Positions 49,758 through 59,485 are shown, numbered from the stretch's first letter. The stretch: 64,000 nucleotides of DNA from Pseudomonadota bacterium (GCA_043809085.1 JAZDEG010000030.1:21378-85377); one strand, 5' to 3'. Made by a program: numbers and translations. The notes: a model not told the origin generated them from the sequence alone.

Positions 49758-51838
49758 ACCAATATCAGGTCAGCCGGGGCCGTCGCTCGCCCCCCGGAGC
49801 ACTCTATGACGGAAAAGGAACCAATTTCTGCCTCTTTTCCCGCTATGCAGAGACGATGGAGCTTCTCCTCTACCGTGACCCCTTCACCACCACCCCTTTT
49901 CAGGTGGTGACTCTTGACCGCCGGCATAACCAGACATTCTTTTTCTGGCATGTCTACCTGGAGGATCTCCCCCCCGGCATCTGGTACACATGGAGGGCGA
50001 ACGGTCCAAAGGACACCTCTGCATCAGGAAACTGTTTCAATCCCGATAAAGAATTGATCGACCCCTGGGCCAGGGTTGTGGTGGATAATCTGTGGAACCG
50101 CAGCCTGGCCTGCCAACCCGGTCCAAGCAACGGCAGAAGCATGAGGGCCATGGTTGTCGGCGGAGATGATTATGATTGGGAAGGCGACGAGCCACTACGA
50201 CATCGGCCTGAAGACACCATCATCTACGAACTGCATGTGGGCGGGTTTACAAAGCATCATTCCGCGGGCGTCTCCCATCCCGGCACCTATGCAGGCCTTA
50301 TTGAAAAAATACCGTATCTCAAGGAACTTGGCATTACTGCTGTCGAACTGTTACCGGTTATGGCTTTTGACGAACAGGATCTTCCGGAAGGAACAAGACG
50401 ACGTGGACTCAAAAATTACTGGGGATACAGCACCCACAGCTTTTTCAGCCCCCATCCCCACTTTTGCACGAATCCCTTTGCCGGCGACCATATCAGGGAA
50501 TTCAAGGATATGGTCAAGGCGTTGCACAAGGCCGATATCGCCGTGGTTCTCGATGTGGTGTTCAATCATACATCCGAGGGAGGAGCGAACGGCCCGCTCA
50601 TCAACTTCAAGGGTTTGGCCAACAATGCCTTTTATCATTTAGAACCCCACGACCGCAGTCTTTACCGGGACTATTCCGGCTGCGGCAATACGGTAAACTG
50701 CAACCATCCGCTGGTATCGCGATTTATTGTCGAATGTCTTGAATACTGGGTGCAGGAAATGCACATCGACGCATTCCGTTTTGACCTGGCAAGTATTCTG
50801 GCCCGGGGGATGGATGGACAACCTGACCACTTTGCCCCGGTGATATGGAGCATTGAATTTTCCAGCATACTGGCTCGCATCGGCCTTATCGCCGAGGCAT
50901 GGGACGCGGGCGGACTCTACCAGGTCGGCGGTTTTCCAGGTTTTCGCTGGGCGGAATGGAACGGCAGGTATCGTGATGTCATCCGCCAGTTCGTCAGAGG
51001 CGATGAGGGAATGGTCGGTGAAATGGCCACCCGTTTCTGCGGCAGCAGCGATCTCTATCAACCCTCGGGACGCATGCCTATTAACAGCATTAATTTCGTT
51101 ACCTGTCATGACGGTTTTACCCTTTGGGATCTTGTCAGCTATAACGAAAAGCATAACGAAGCGAACGGCGAAAAAAACAGGGACGGTTGCAGCAACAACC
51201 TGAGCTGGAACTGTGGTCATGAAGGTGAAACAAAAAAAGAGAATATTCTTGGCCTGCGCCGGAAGCAGGCCAAGAATATCATGGCGATTTTGCTGCTCAG
51301 TCATGGACTGCCCATGCTTCTTGCCGGAGACGAAGTGCTGCGGAGCCAATCGGGCAACAACAACTGCTATTGCCAGGACAACGAGCTCGGCTGGTTTGAC
51401 TGGGACCGGATTGAGAAGAACAACGATATGCTGCGATTCACCAAGGAGATGATCGCCTTCCGGAAAAGACATCGCTGTCTCATGCGGCGCCATTTCGTTA
51501 CCGGCAGGAAAGACCCTGCCGACCGTTTGCCTGAAATCAGCTGGCACGGCAGGAAAGTCAATGAGCCGCCCTGGGATGACCCGGATGCCACTCTGCTGGC
51601 CCTGACCCTGGCCGGCTGCGACCCGGGTGAAGAGGATCTGCACATCATATTCAACATGGGTGAAAAAGCGGCAATTGTGGAACTGCCAGAAATCGGCCTC
51701 CGGGAGTGGTACAAGGCAATTGACACATCAGCCCCAAGTTCTGATGATATCAAGAAACCGGACAGACAGAAACGGACCGGGAAAAAGTTCTGCAAAGTGC
51801 AGCCACGGAGCGTTGTCGTCTTTGAAAGCAGGGAGTGA
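49754..51838 (+). CDS. glgX: Glycogen debranching enzyme (GlgX, GH13).
   Basis: 694 aa. GH13 catalytic regions are present (VVLDVVFNHT, DAFRFDLASIL, GLIAEAWD, FVTCHDGFTL). The start overlaps the AOR stop (ATGA). Confidence 0.9.
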   Translation: MNQYQVSRGRRSPPGALYDGKGTNFCLFSRYAETMELLLYRDPFTTTPFQVVTLDRRHNQTFFFWHVYLEDLPPGIWYTWRANGPKDTSASGNCFNPDKELIDPWARVVVDNLWNRSLACQPGPSNGRSMRAMVVGGDDYDWEGDEPLRHRPEDTIIYELHVGGFTKHHSAGVSHPGTYAGLIEKIPYLKELGITAVELLPVMAFDEQDLPEGTRRRGLKNYWGYSTHSFFSPHPHFCTNPFAGDHIREFKDMVKALHKADIAVVLDVVFNHTSEGGANGPLINFKGLANNAFYHLEPHDRSLYRDYSGCGNTVNCNHPLVSRFIVECLEYWVQEMHIDAFRFDLASILARGMDGQPDHFAPVIWSIEFSSILARIGLIAEAWDAGGLYQVGGFPGFRWAEWNGRYRDVIRQFVRGDEGMVGEMATRFCGSSDLYQPSGRMPINSINFVTCHDGFTLWDLVSYNEKHNEANGEKNRDGCSNNLSWNCGHEGETKKENILGLRRKQAKNIMAILLLSHGLPMLLAGDEVLRSQSGNNNCYCQDNELGWFDWDRIEKNNDMLRFTKEMIAFRKRHRCLMRRHFVTGRKDPADRLPEISWHGRKVNEPPWDDPDATLLALTLAGCDPGEEDLHIIFNMGEKAAIVELPEIGLREWYKAIDTSAPSSDDIKKPDRQKRTGKKFCKVQPRSVVVFESRE

Positions 51839-51899
51839 AATTCAGCGCATTTTGCGTGTTTCCATCGTCAGTTGGAACATAATTGCAGACACACGTGAC

Positions 51900-52406
51900 T
51901 TAGCGATGCCCATCCTCATGACAGACATTACATTGATAATCGAGTTTATGATGGCGGTTTGTGCCCGATCTCCGGGGAGGACCGGACACGGTCTCAGGGG
52001 CATGACAATCCAGACAGTCTCGATAAAGAGAGATGGAGTTGAGTGAAATTTCAGAATTCCAGACCAGGGGATGACAGGACATGCATTCGTATGTGTCTGT
52101 AAGAATCGCAGACGGTGGCGCAGTAGGCAATATGGCAGGCAAACCTACCAGCAGATGATGCTTATCGGGATTTAATTGCCCGAGAGAAGGGAATCGAACC
52201 AGATCCTCATGACACGCCCGGCACTGAGCTTCTTCGGGAGAAGCCATACCGTGGCCCATTCCTTGAGCTTGGGCTGTTCCTTCAGACAGCAGAGAATATG
52301 TGCCGGTCATGGCAAAGAGAACCGCTGCAATAACATGTGTGCCGTATTTGGAATTTCTTTTCACTTGAAAGTTGTCTGACTTGAAAGCCAAAAGAGTGCT
52401 CTTCAT
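51900..52406 (-). CDS. Small secreted tetraheme c-type cytochrome.
   Basis: 168-aa ORF with a signal-peptide-like segment (VIAAVLFAMTG...AQAQG) and four CxxCH motifs (CRACH, CMSCH, CLDCH, CNVCH). Confidence 0.7.
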   Translation of the reverse strand: MKSTLLAFKSDNFQVKRNSKYGTHVIAAVLFAMTGTYSLLSEGTAQAQGMGHGMASPEEAQCRACHEDLVRFPSLGQLNPDKHHLLVGLPAILPTAPPSAILTDTYECMSCHPLVWNSEISLNSISLYRDCLDCHAPETVSGPPRRSGTNRHHKLDYQCNVCHEDGHR

Positions 52407-52575
52407 TTTATTCCCCTCTTCATTTAAATGATGGTTACTGATCTTCCTTCATGGGAATTCTTTTGTTTCAATACCATAATGATGCAAAAATTCCATCTAT
52501 AAATGGCATAATGTTATCAAAATCCAGACAGAAACGCCTTTCCCCATGGATGAAACACGAGTCACTCCGCAAGTG

Positions 52576-53148
52576 TTATAGATTTTTTATTTCAGCATAC
52601 CGAAAACATGTCTCAATGTGATCGTTTACCATTCCAACAGCCTGCATAAAAGCGTAGCAAATGGTTGGCCCGACAAATTTAAATCCATTCCTTTTTAACT
52701 CTTTGCTCATTTTTTCTGATTCTTTCGTTGACACAGGGATTTCGGTCGGTGATTTCCATGAATTTTTTACAGGAACCCCGTTAACGAACGACCATATAAA
52801 GCTATTAAAGCTTCCATATTCCCCGGCAACCTTCAAATAGGCTATTGCATTTGATTTTGCTGCGTTTATTTTTAGCCTATTTCGTATTATCCCGGGATTA
52901 TTCAACAATTGTTCTATTTTATCGGAATTCCATTTCGCTATTTTGATCGGATCAAAATCATCATACGCATTTCGATAGTTTTCTCGCTTCCTTAGAATGG
53001 TAATCCAGCTTAAACCTGCCTGAGCACCTTCCAGGATTAGCATTTCGAACAATTTTTTGTCATCATGGACAGGAACGGCCCATTCCTTATCATGATATTC
53101 AACATACATTTCGTCATTTACAGCCCATTCACATCTTTTCATTAACAA
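52576..53148 (-). CDS. tag: DNA-3-methyladenine glycosylase I.
   Basis: 190 aa. The Tag pattern is present (RCEWAVNDEMYVEYHDKEWAVPVHDDKKLFEMLILEGAQAGLSWITIL...). Confidence 0.9.
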   Translation of the reverse strand: MLMKRCEWAVNDEMYVEYHDKEWAVPVHDDKKLFEMLILEGAQAGLSWITILRKRENYRNAYDDFDPIKIAKWNSDKIEQLLNNPGIIRNRLKINAAKSNAIAYLKVAGEYGSFNSFIWSFVNGVPVKNSWKSPTEIPVSTKESEKMSKELKRNGFKFVGPTICYAFMQAVGMVNDHIETCFRYAEIKNL

Positions 53149-53225
53149 GTTCTCGCACAGGCGATTTATTCAATATGAACGAATTCCAGCGGACACGACG
53201 CTGCGGCATCTCCAGCGCAGCCCTT

Positions 53226-53930
53226 TTATTTTTTACCGATTCCGGTCGGTGTCTGTCGAACGGCATAATTCTTCCTGACATTGGCGCTCATATCCACGTC
53301 TTTCCCTGATTCCACTATTGACAATCTGTCTATGGCTTTGACCGATTCCGACAACAGAGTCTTGTAGTCGTGTTGATTTGTGAAAAAATCAACAGCGTTA
53401 ACCTGCAAAAGGGCTTTTATGTCAGGCATTCCAACAGAAAGGGAAATAGTCTTGTCCGGCACCTTGATCTTTGCGCCGATCTTGTCGACGGTATCCGTAT
53501 CAGAACGTAATAGGAAAAAGTCGTTATCCACGAGGTAGACTTTGTCATTGATCACATCCACAACAAATTTCGCCCGGCCTTTGTCAAAGTCAACCAGTAC
53601 TTGATCTATGGCATCTTTTATGTCACCTGCCGTATTGCTGCCCACCTGAAACATATCAGAAAGCCGCCTGCACAAATCGCATGCGACGCTTGATAATTCT
53701 AGAGCTTCCACCGATGCCGTATCCCACAGTTCGGCGATCTTTTTTTCGACGCTGATGTCGAATTTTCCCTGATTCAAATATTCTCTGATATAAAAAAATG
53801 TTTCCCTTCTGGCAGCCAGTATCGCACTGTAAAAAATTCGCCTGGCAATTTTGTTTCCCTTTATAAAATTTATTACATGTTGAATTGCGTCAAGTTCGGC
53901 AATCCAGGATATTATTGTACCAAGATCCAT
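53226..53930 (-). CDS. Hypothetical protein.
   Basis: 234-aa ORF beginning 14 nt after the stop of the HPF-CSD gene. I recognise no motif. Confidence 0.5.
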   Translation of the reverse strand: MDLGTIISWIAELDAIQHVINFIKGNKIARRIFYSAILAARRETFFYIREYLNQGKFDISVEKKIAELWDTASVEALELSSVACDLCRRLSDMFQVGSNTAGDIKDAIDQVLVDFDKGRAKFVVDVINDKVYLVDNDFFLLRSDTDTVDKIGAKIKVPDKTISLSVGMPDIKALLQVNAVDFFTNQHDYKTLLSESVKAIDRLSIVESGKDVDMSANVRKNYAVRQTPTGIGKK

Positions 53931-53944
53931 GAACTCATCCTCCC

Positions 53945-54496
53945 TTATCCTTCCACCCTGACGGTGCTCGCCTGTGGGCCGTTATTACCCTCCTCCTCAT
54001 GGAAGCGGACTTTCATGCCGATTTCAAGTGTATCGAAATCCGCATGAAGAACACTGTTTCTATGGAAGTAAATTTCGCGATTGTCCGTGGTGGTAATCAG
54101 GCCGTAGTCTTCAATCGGTGAAAGATGAGTTATTTTGCCGGACGGCGCTTCTTCGTGAATCTTGACATCCCCTTTTCGCCTGCTTCTGTATTGATCAAGC
54201 TGGCGGTCGGCGGCATTGAAAGAGTCACGGAGCGCCACGTAAACATCACCGTGAGCCTTGTTCTGGGCGGCGTGTTCCTTGTTCACCGACACTTTGCCGT
54301 CAGGGCAGGTGATGTCTATTCTCACCTTGAAAAGCCCTCCTTTACGCCGGTGCTGCGGAGGCGCATCAACAACGATCCGGCAACTGACGACTTCACCATG
54401 TTTCTGGGATAATTTATCAACCCGTTTACGGATTTCAACATCAATAGCCTCTGATGCATCCATGTTGCGATAGGTTACCCTCAATGGAACTTGCAT
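53945..54496 (-). CDS. HPF/RaiA (YfiA, sigma-54 modulation protein family) ribosome-associated domain fused to a C-terminal cold-shock-like OB domain.
   Basis: I start it at the ATG at 54496 (MQVPLRVTYRNMDASEAIDVEIRKRVDKL...DVYVALRDSFNAADRQLDQYRSRRKG), which fits the YfiA/HPF pattern. The C-terminal ~65 aa (GKITHLSPIEDYGLITTTDNREIYFHRNSV...GMKVRFHEEEGNNGPQASTVRV) follow the CspA-like pattern. The 54 upstream codons of the track ORF look non-coding. Confidence 0.65.
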   Translation of the reverse strand: MQVPLRVTYRNMDASEAIDVEIRKRVDKLSQKHGEVVSCRIVVDAPPQHRRKGGLFKVRIDITCPDGKVSVNKEHAAQNKAHGDVYVALRDSFNAADRQLDQYRSRRKGDVKIHEEAPSGKITHLSPIEDYGLITTTDNREIYFHRNSVLHADFDTLEIGMKVRFHEEEGNNGPQASTVRVEG

Positions 54497-54978
54497 GATA
54501 ATGACCCTCTCCGCGATATGCTTTTCAATTGATACATCTGAAATCTTCACCCATACATCCTGACACACTGATTGATGACAAACGAAACAAAAGAAACAGG
54601 TAGTATATCCTGGTGACAAAACCGTCCTCCATTTTGATTGTTTCCAGAAAGCATTCAAGTTCTCTTGTCAGCGTAACCACACCCCTCTCTTCATTTTGAA
54701 TTTTATATCGGGATTAAGGAAAGAAGCAACTGATTGTATCAGCTTCAACAATAAGACATTTTGCATTTTCACTTCGTCCTTGTTTTTCAAAATATCTTTT
54801 CCCCTTTCCTTTCTTCATTTATGCTAAAATAAAAAAGCATTTTCTGACGGAGGAATCCGCCATGGCAATCCCTGATTTTCCACGCAGTCCGTTTGTTTTT
54901 TTCTTTCCTTTCTTCTGATTCAACCGTTGCTTCCCCTTTCCGCCAAATTTCTCCAAAGGAGGAAAGAAAAAAGAAAAC

Positions 54979-55362
54979 ATGACTCACACTATTGTCGCTG
55001 ACATTGTTGTCGTTATCCACCTTCTTTTTATCGTCTTTGTTGTTGCCGGCGGCCTGCTCATCTTCCGCCGACGCTGGATGCTTTTTCTCCATCTCCCGGC
55101 TGCGCTTTGGGGCGCCTTGATCGAATTTTCCGGCTGGATATGCCCATTGACCCCTTTGGAACAACAATTGCGGCGTGCCGCCTCGACATCACCCTATCAG
55201 GGAAGTTTTGTCGAACACTATATTCTGCCGATCATCTATCCATCAGGACTTACGCGGGAATTACAGATATTTTTCGGCATTACGGTGATTTGTATCAATC
55301 TCGTCATCTACGGATGCTTTCTTCGCAGGGCTTTCATGGCGGAAAAGAAAATTCCGTCTTGA
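54979..55362 (+). CDS. DUF2784-family small membrane protein.
   Basis: 127 aa with three or four hydrophobic segments. The motif LWGALIEFSGWICPLTPLE is, as I remember it, typical of DUF2784. Confidence 0.6.
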   Translation: MTHTIVADIVVVIHLLFIVFVVAGGLLIFRRRWMLFLHLPAALWGALIEFSGWICPLTPLEQQLRRAASTSPYQGSFVEHYILPIIYPSGLTRELQIFFGITVICINLVIYGCFLRRAFMAEKKIPS

Positions 55363-55430
55363 ATTTTTTTCAAAAAAATATGAATAAATTGAGGCCTGCA
55401 ACAAAATTCCCCCTGAACAACTGAAGATGG

Positions 55431-56558
55431 TCACCGGCTTCGATGTCGAAACAGCCAGGCTGCGGGCGGCAGAAAGAGAACAGCCATGATGCACATCGGC
55501 CAGAGCTGGGGCCACACCATTGCCAGACCGGCTCCTTCGAGAAAAATCCGGCGCAACGCCATGACAACAAAACGCATGGGGTTGGCCAGAGTGGCAACCT
55601 GCAGCCAACCTGGCATATTCGCAACAGGGGTGGTGAATCCGGAAAGAATGACAGCCGGCATGATGAAACTGAAGGACCCGAGAAGAGCCTGTTGCATGGT
55701 GGTCGACAATGAGGATATGAAAAGCCCCAAACCGACAATGGACAGCATGAAAACAAACAGGGTGACAACCAGGGCGAGGATGCTGCCGCGAAAAGGCACT
55801 CCGAACCACCAGACACCGGCTGCAGCGAGAATCAGCGAATCAAACAGCCCGAAAGTGATGCCGGGGATTGCCTTTGCCAGCAAAATTTCACCCGGCGTGA
55901 AAGGAGCCACAAGCAGCTGGTCAAAAGTCCCGAACTCTCGTTCCCTGGCAACTGAAAGACTGGTGAGGATCATCACCACCACCATGCTGATGGTTCCGCC
56001 GAGAGCGGCAACTATGTACCAGCGGCTGAGCAGATTGGCGTTGAACCAGGCACGATCCATAATCTGAGGAACAGCGGCAACTTCCTGCCCTGCCCTGCCT
56101 GTCGTCAAGGTGCTGTTGAACCGCTGAACAATGGCCGAAATGTAACCAAGTGCCACCGAGGCAACATTGGAATTACGCCCGTCTACGATAACCTGAAGCG
56201 GAGCCGATTCACCAGACAGCAGCTTTCTACTGAAATCAGAGCCGAAATGCAGAACCATTCTGGCCTCCTGATTGTTGATGACTTCATCGATCTGCCTGTC
56301 CGAGGTGAGGGTTCGCACAAGCCGGAAAGTCTCAGACCCTTCGATGTCAGCCGACAGTTGACGGGATTCCGGGGTGCGTGCCTCATCAAGAATCGCATAG
56401 CGCACGTTGATGACATCAAAAGTTGCTGCATAGCCGAAAAGAAAAAATTGGATCACCGGCGGGACGATGACCACAAAACGACTCTTTGGATCACGCAGAA
56501 TGGTGATGAATTCCTTCAGGATAAGGGCAATGACGCGACGCAGGACAATCATGTTCAC
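55431..56558 (-). CDS. ABC-2 type transporter permease (YbhR/YhhJ-like).
   Basis: 375 aa. It has an N-terminal TM segment, a large periplasmic loop and a C-terminal ABC-2 membrane domain. It overlaps the upstream gene by 4 nt. Confidence 0.85.
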   Translation of the reverse strand: MNMIVLRRVIALILKEFITILRDPKSRFVVIVPPVIQFFLFGYAATFDVINVRYAILDEARTPESRQLSADIEGSETFRLVRTLTSDRQIDEVINNQEARMVLHFGSDFSRKLLSGESAPLQVIVDGRNSNVASVALGYISAIVQRFNSTLTTGRAGQEVAAVPQIMDRAWFNANLLSRWYIVAALGGTISMVVVMILTSLSVAREREFGTFDQLLVAPFTPGEILLAKAIPGITFGLFDSLILAAAGVWWFGVPFRGSILALVVTLFVFMLSIVGLGLFISSLSTTMQQALLGSFSFIMPAVILSGFTTPVANMPGWLQVATLANPMRFVVMALRRIFLEGAGLAMVWPQLWPMCIMAVLFLPPAAWLFRHRSR

Positions 56559-57685
56559 TCCAGACGTTTACTGAGCTTGCGACGGACCATGGCAAAAAAG
56601 ACAACAGCCATCAAAATAAGTGGGAGGGCGGCAGGCACGAGAACGCTGCCCACGTTGCCGACGAGAAACAGTGTGTGACAGATTTCCACGAAATAACGAG
56701 CCGGTATGAGATGACTGATGATTTGAATCGGCTTCGGTGTGCTTTCCAGATCAAAAAGAAGACCGGAAAGAAAAAAAGCCGGCAGGAATCCGGCGATAAT
56801 TGAAATCTGAGCCGCCACAAACTGTACCCGCATGGCCGCGGAAATGGCCAGACCAAAGCCGAGAGCGGCCATCAGAAAAACAGCGGAGAGAAGAACGAGC
56901 AGCAACAGCGAGCCACGCAGCGGCACATTGAAAATCAAGATACCGCCGGACAACGCAAGTCCCATACCGAGCATCCCCAGTGCAAAATAGGGCAGCGTTT
57001 TGCCCACCAGAAGTTCGCCCACCCGCACCGGTGTAACCAGAATCGCCTCCATGGTGCCGCGTTCCCATTCCCGGGCGATGACAAGCGCGGTAAGCAGGGT
57101 GCCGATGAGAGTCATGATCAAGACGATCAAGCCGGGCACAAGAAAATTACGGCTCTCACTTGTTTCGTTGAACCAGATCCGCGGCTTGACGACAACCGAC
57201 GGTCCTGCGTCAATCTCTCCCCTGCTCTGCTGCAATTCAGTCCATTTCTGCACAATACCGAGGGCATAGTTCTGGATAAGCCGGGCCCGGTTGGCATCGA
57301 CTCCGTTGATAATCACCTGCACCGGCGCCACGCCACCCTGAAGGAGATCAGCAGTGAAATTCGTCTTCACATGGATAACGGCATCCACATCCCCCATTTG
57401 AAGCAATTCCTCGGCATGATGCATGGTATCGACATAAACCGGGGAAAAATATGGGGAGAGTTCAAAGCGGGAGGTCAACTGGCGGGCAGCGTTGCTGTGA
57501 TCGTCAGCAACAATTGCCACCGGCACAAGGGTCGGGTTAAGCGAAACACCGTACCCGAAGAGAAAAAGCAGAATCACCGGCATGACAAGAGCCAGAAGGA
57601 TGCTGCTCGGGTCGCGCATGATCTGCAGAATCTCTTTACGCAGCAGACCGCGCATCCTCATCAAGGAGGCAATCGTGCCTGTCAT
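56555..57685 (-). CDS. ABC-2 type transporter permease (YbhS-like).
   Basis: 376 aa and paralogous in architecture to 55431..56558. It overlaps the ATPase gene by 4 nt. Confidence 0.85.
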   Translation of the reverse strand: MTGTIASLMRMRGLLRKEILQIMRDPSSILLALVMPVILLFLFGYGVSLNPTLVPVAIVADDHSNAARQLTSRFELSPYFSPVYVDTMHHAEELLQMGDVDAVIHVKTNFTADLLQGGVAPVQVIINGVDANRARLIQNYALGIVQKWTELQQSRGEIDAGPSVVVKPRIWFNETSESRNFLVPGLIVLIMTLIGTLLTALVIAREWERGTMEAILVTPVRVGELLVGKTLPYFALGMLGMGLALSGGILIFNVPLRGSLLLLVLLSAVFLMAALGFGLAISAAMRVQFVAAQISIIAGFLPAFFLSGLLFDLESTPKPIQIISHLIPARYFVEICHTLFLVGNVGSVLVPAALPLILMAVVFFAMVRRKLSKRLE

Positions 57686-59463
57686 TTCAATTCTCCCCGG
57701 TCAACAGATCGGCCAGGCTGCACCCTGCCTTCAGCCAGGGCGATAAAGGCATCCTCCACCGTCGGATCAGGGTTGTTTTTGCTTCTGGCCAGGCGGCGGA
57801 TGTCAGCAGGTGTGCCCTGGGCCAGCGCTGTTCCGTGCGACATGATCAGCATCCGGTCGCAATACTCGGCCTCCTCCATGAAATGGGTGGTTACAATAAC
57901 CGTCACTCCCTGTCGGGCGAATCCGTTGATGCGCAGCCAGAATTCACGCCGTGCCAGGGGATCGGCGCCGGAGGTGGGCTCATCGAGAAAAAGAATGGCC
58001 GGTTCATGGAGCAGTGCAGCAGCCATGGCCAGACGCTGCCGGAAACCTCCGGGTAAAATACCCGCCGGCACATCTTCCTTGCCGCGCAGATGAAACTCAT
58101 CCAAGGCCCAGTCGATACGTCGGCGCAAGCGGTCACCGTGAAGGCCGTACGCCCGCCCGTAAAATTCCAGGTTGGTCCGCACCGGCAGCTGCCGGTAGAG
58201 TGAAAAGACCTGTGCCATGTATCCCAGCCGTGAGCGGGCGCGGGAACCGGCGCGGCGCAGATCGTATCCGGCAACGTCAACCTCTCCGTCGCTGACCTTG
58301 AGCAGGCCGCACAGCATACGGAAGGTGGTGCTCTTCCCTGCGCCGTTCGGACCGAGAAGTCCAAATATTTCGCCGCCACGAACCTCGAAGTTAATGTTGC
58401 TCACCGCCACAAAATCACCAAAAACTTTAGTAAGATTTCGGGCCGAAACCACGACTTCGTTCCCAGTTAAGGTTTTTCCGATTTCGTGAACGGCCGCAGG
58501 CGAATCATGAAACGATAGTCCCGACTGCGGCAGAATGGACAGAAAGGAATCCTCGAAATTCGGCTCAACCGATTCGATATGACCGAAACTTTCAGGAGGG
58601 AAAAGAGCTGGATCGTACTGATCCGATTTTTCCCCAATAACGCAGCGCACCCGCCCTGAACGGATCATCACGTCGATCATGCCCGACCTCCCGGCAAGCT
58701 GTGCCTGGAGATGCCGGGCGCCTCCCTCCTGATTTGGCGTGAGGGTAAAGACCCGGCCTTGAACCTGTTTTCTGAAATCAGCCGGAGTGCCTTCCGCAAG
58801 TATGCTTCCTTCATGAAGGACGACGAGTCGGCTGCAGCGGTCGGCTTCGTCGAGATAGGAGGTGGTCATCAACACACCGATACCTTCTTTTTCAACGAGT
58901 TGATACACAATTTGCCACAGGTCGCGCCGAGAGACGGGGTCAACACCCACGGTCGGCTCATCGAGCAGAAGCATCCGGGGAGACTTGATAAGCGAACAGG
59001 CCAGTCCGAGCTTCTGTTTCATTCCGCCTGAAAGAGCGTCAGCACGGCGACCGGTGAAGTCGCCGAGTCCCGTCATCTGCATCAGACCGGCAAATCGTGC
59101 CCGTCGTTCAGAATGCGGCACCGCCTGCAGGTCAGCGTAAAGATCAAGATTCTCCTGTACGGTCAAATCCTGATACAGTCCGAACTGTTGAGGCATATAG
59201 CCGACCCGGCTCTGGATTTCAATTGACTCCTTGACGCTGTCCAGACCAAGCACCGTGACCGTGCCTGTATCAGGTATCAGCAGTCCAGCAGCAACGCGCA
59301 GAAAGGTCGTCTTGCCCGCCCCGTCAGGGCCGACAAGCCCAGTGACCTCGCCCGGCCGTGCAGTGAGCGATACCGAGTCAAGCGCTGTTACCGGCGGCTT
59401 GCCCTTTATTCTAAATTGCTTGGTCAGGCCGATCGCCTGCAGAACCACCTCATTTCCTTCCAC
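57682..59463 (-). CDS. ABC transporter ATP-binding protein with two tandem ATPase cassettes (YbhF-like).
   Basis: 593 aa. It has two Walker A motifs (GPDGAGKTT, GPNGAGKST), two signature motifs (LSGGMKQKL, LPGGFRQRL) and two Walker B motifs (LLLDEPT, LFLDEPT). Confidence 0.9.
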   Translation of the reverse strand: MEGNEVVLQAIGLTKQFRIKGKPPVTALDSVSLTARPGEVTGLVGPDGAGKTTFLRVAAGLLIPDTGTVTVLGLDSVKESIEIQSRVGYMPQQFGLYQDLTVQENLDLYADLQAVPHSERRARFAGLMQMTGLGDFTGRRADALSGGMKQKLGLACSLIKSPRMLLLDEPTVGVDPVSRRDLWQIVYQLVEKEGIGVLMTTSYLDEADRCSRLVVLHEGSILAEGTPADFRKQVQGRVFTLTPNQEGGARHLQAQLAGRSGMIDVMIRSGRVRCVIGEKSDQYDPALFPPESFGHIESVEPNFEDSFLSILPQSGLSFHDSPAAVHEIGKTLTGNEVVVSARNLTKVFGDFVAVSNINFEVRGGEIFGLLGPNGAGKSTTFRMLCGLLKVSDGEVDVAGYDLRRAGSRARSRLGYMAQVFSLYRQLPVRTNLEFYGRAYGLHGDRLRRRIDWALDEFHLRGKEDVPAGILPGGFRQRLAMAAALLHEPAILFLDEPTSGADPLARREFWLRINGFARQGVTVIVTTHFMEEAEYCDRMLIMSHGTALAQGTPADIRRLARSKNNPDPTVEDAFIALAEGRVQPGRSVDRGELK

Positions 59464-59485
59464 TGACGGCGCCTCCTGCTCAGAC

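Noticed and set aside
50639-51643. Long antisense ORF (334 aa) opposite glgX. Similar shadow ORFs lie at 8068..8913, 6349..7107, 7240..7974, 15576..16370, 17431..18132, 18722..19489, 25916..26590, 34240..35007, 36018..36755, 37381..38217, 43777..44460 and 57371..58093.
   Set aside because: Each lies entirely inside a gene on the other strand that has clear family motifs. Their translations are low in information, with no recognisable motif and no RBS context. They are typical shadow ORFs.
54787-55167. 126-aa minus-strand ORF spanning the intergenic region and the start of the DUF2784 gene.
   Set aside because: Its translation is Lys/Glu/Asn-rich and low in complexity, driven by the polypurine tracts. 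It overlaps a better-supported plus-strand gene and has no motif or RBS.
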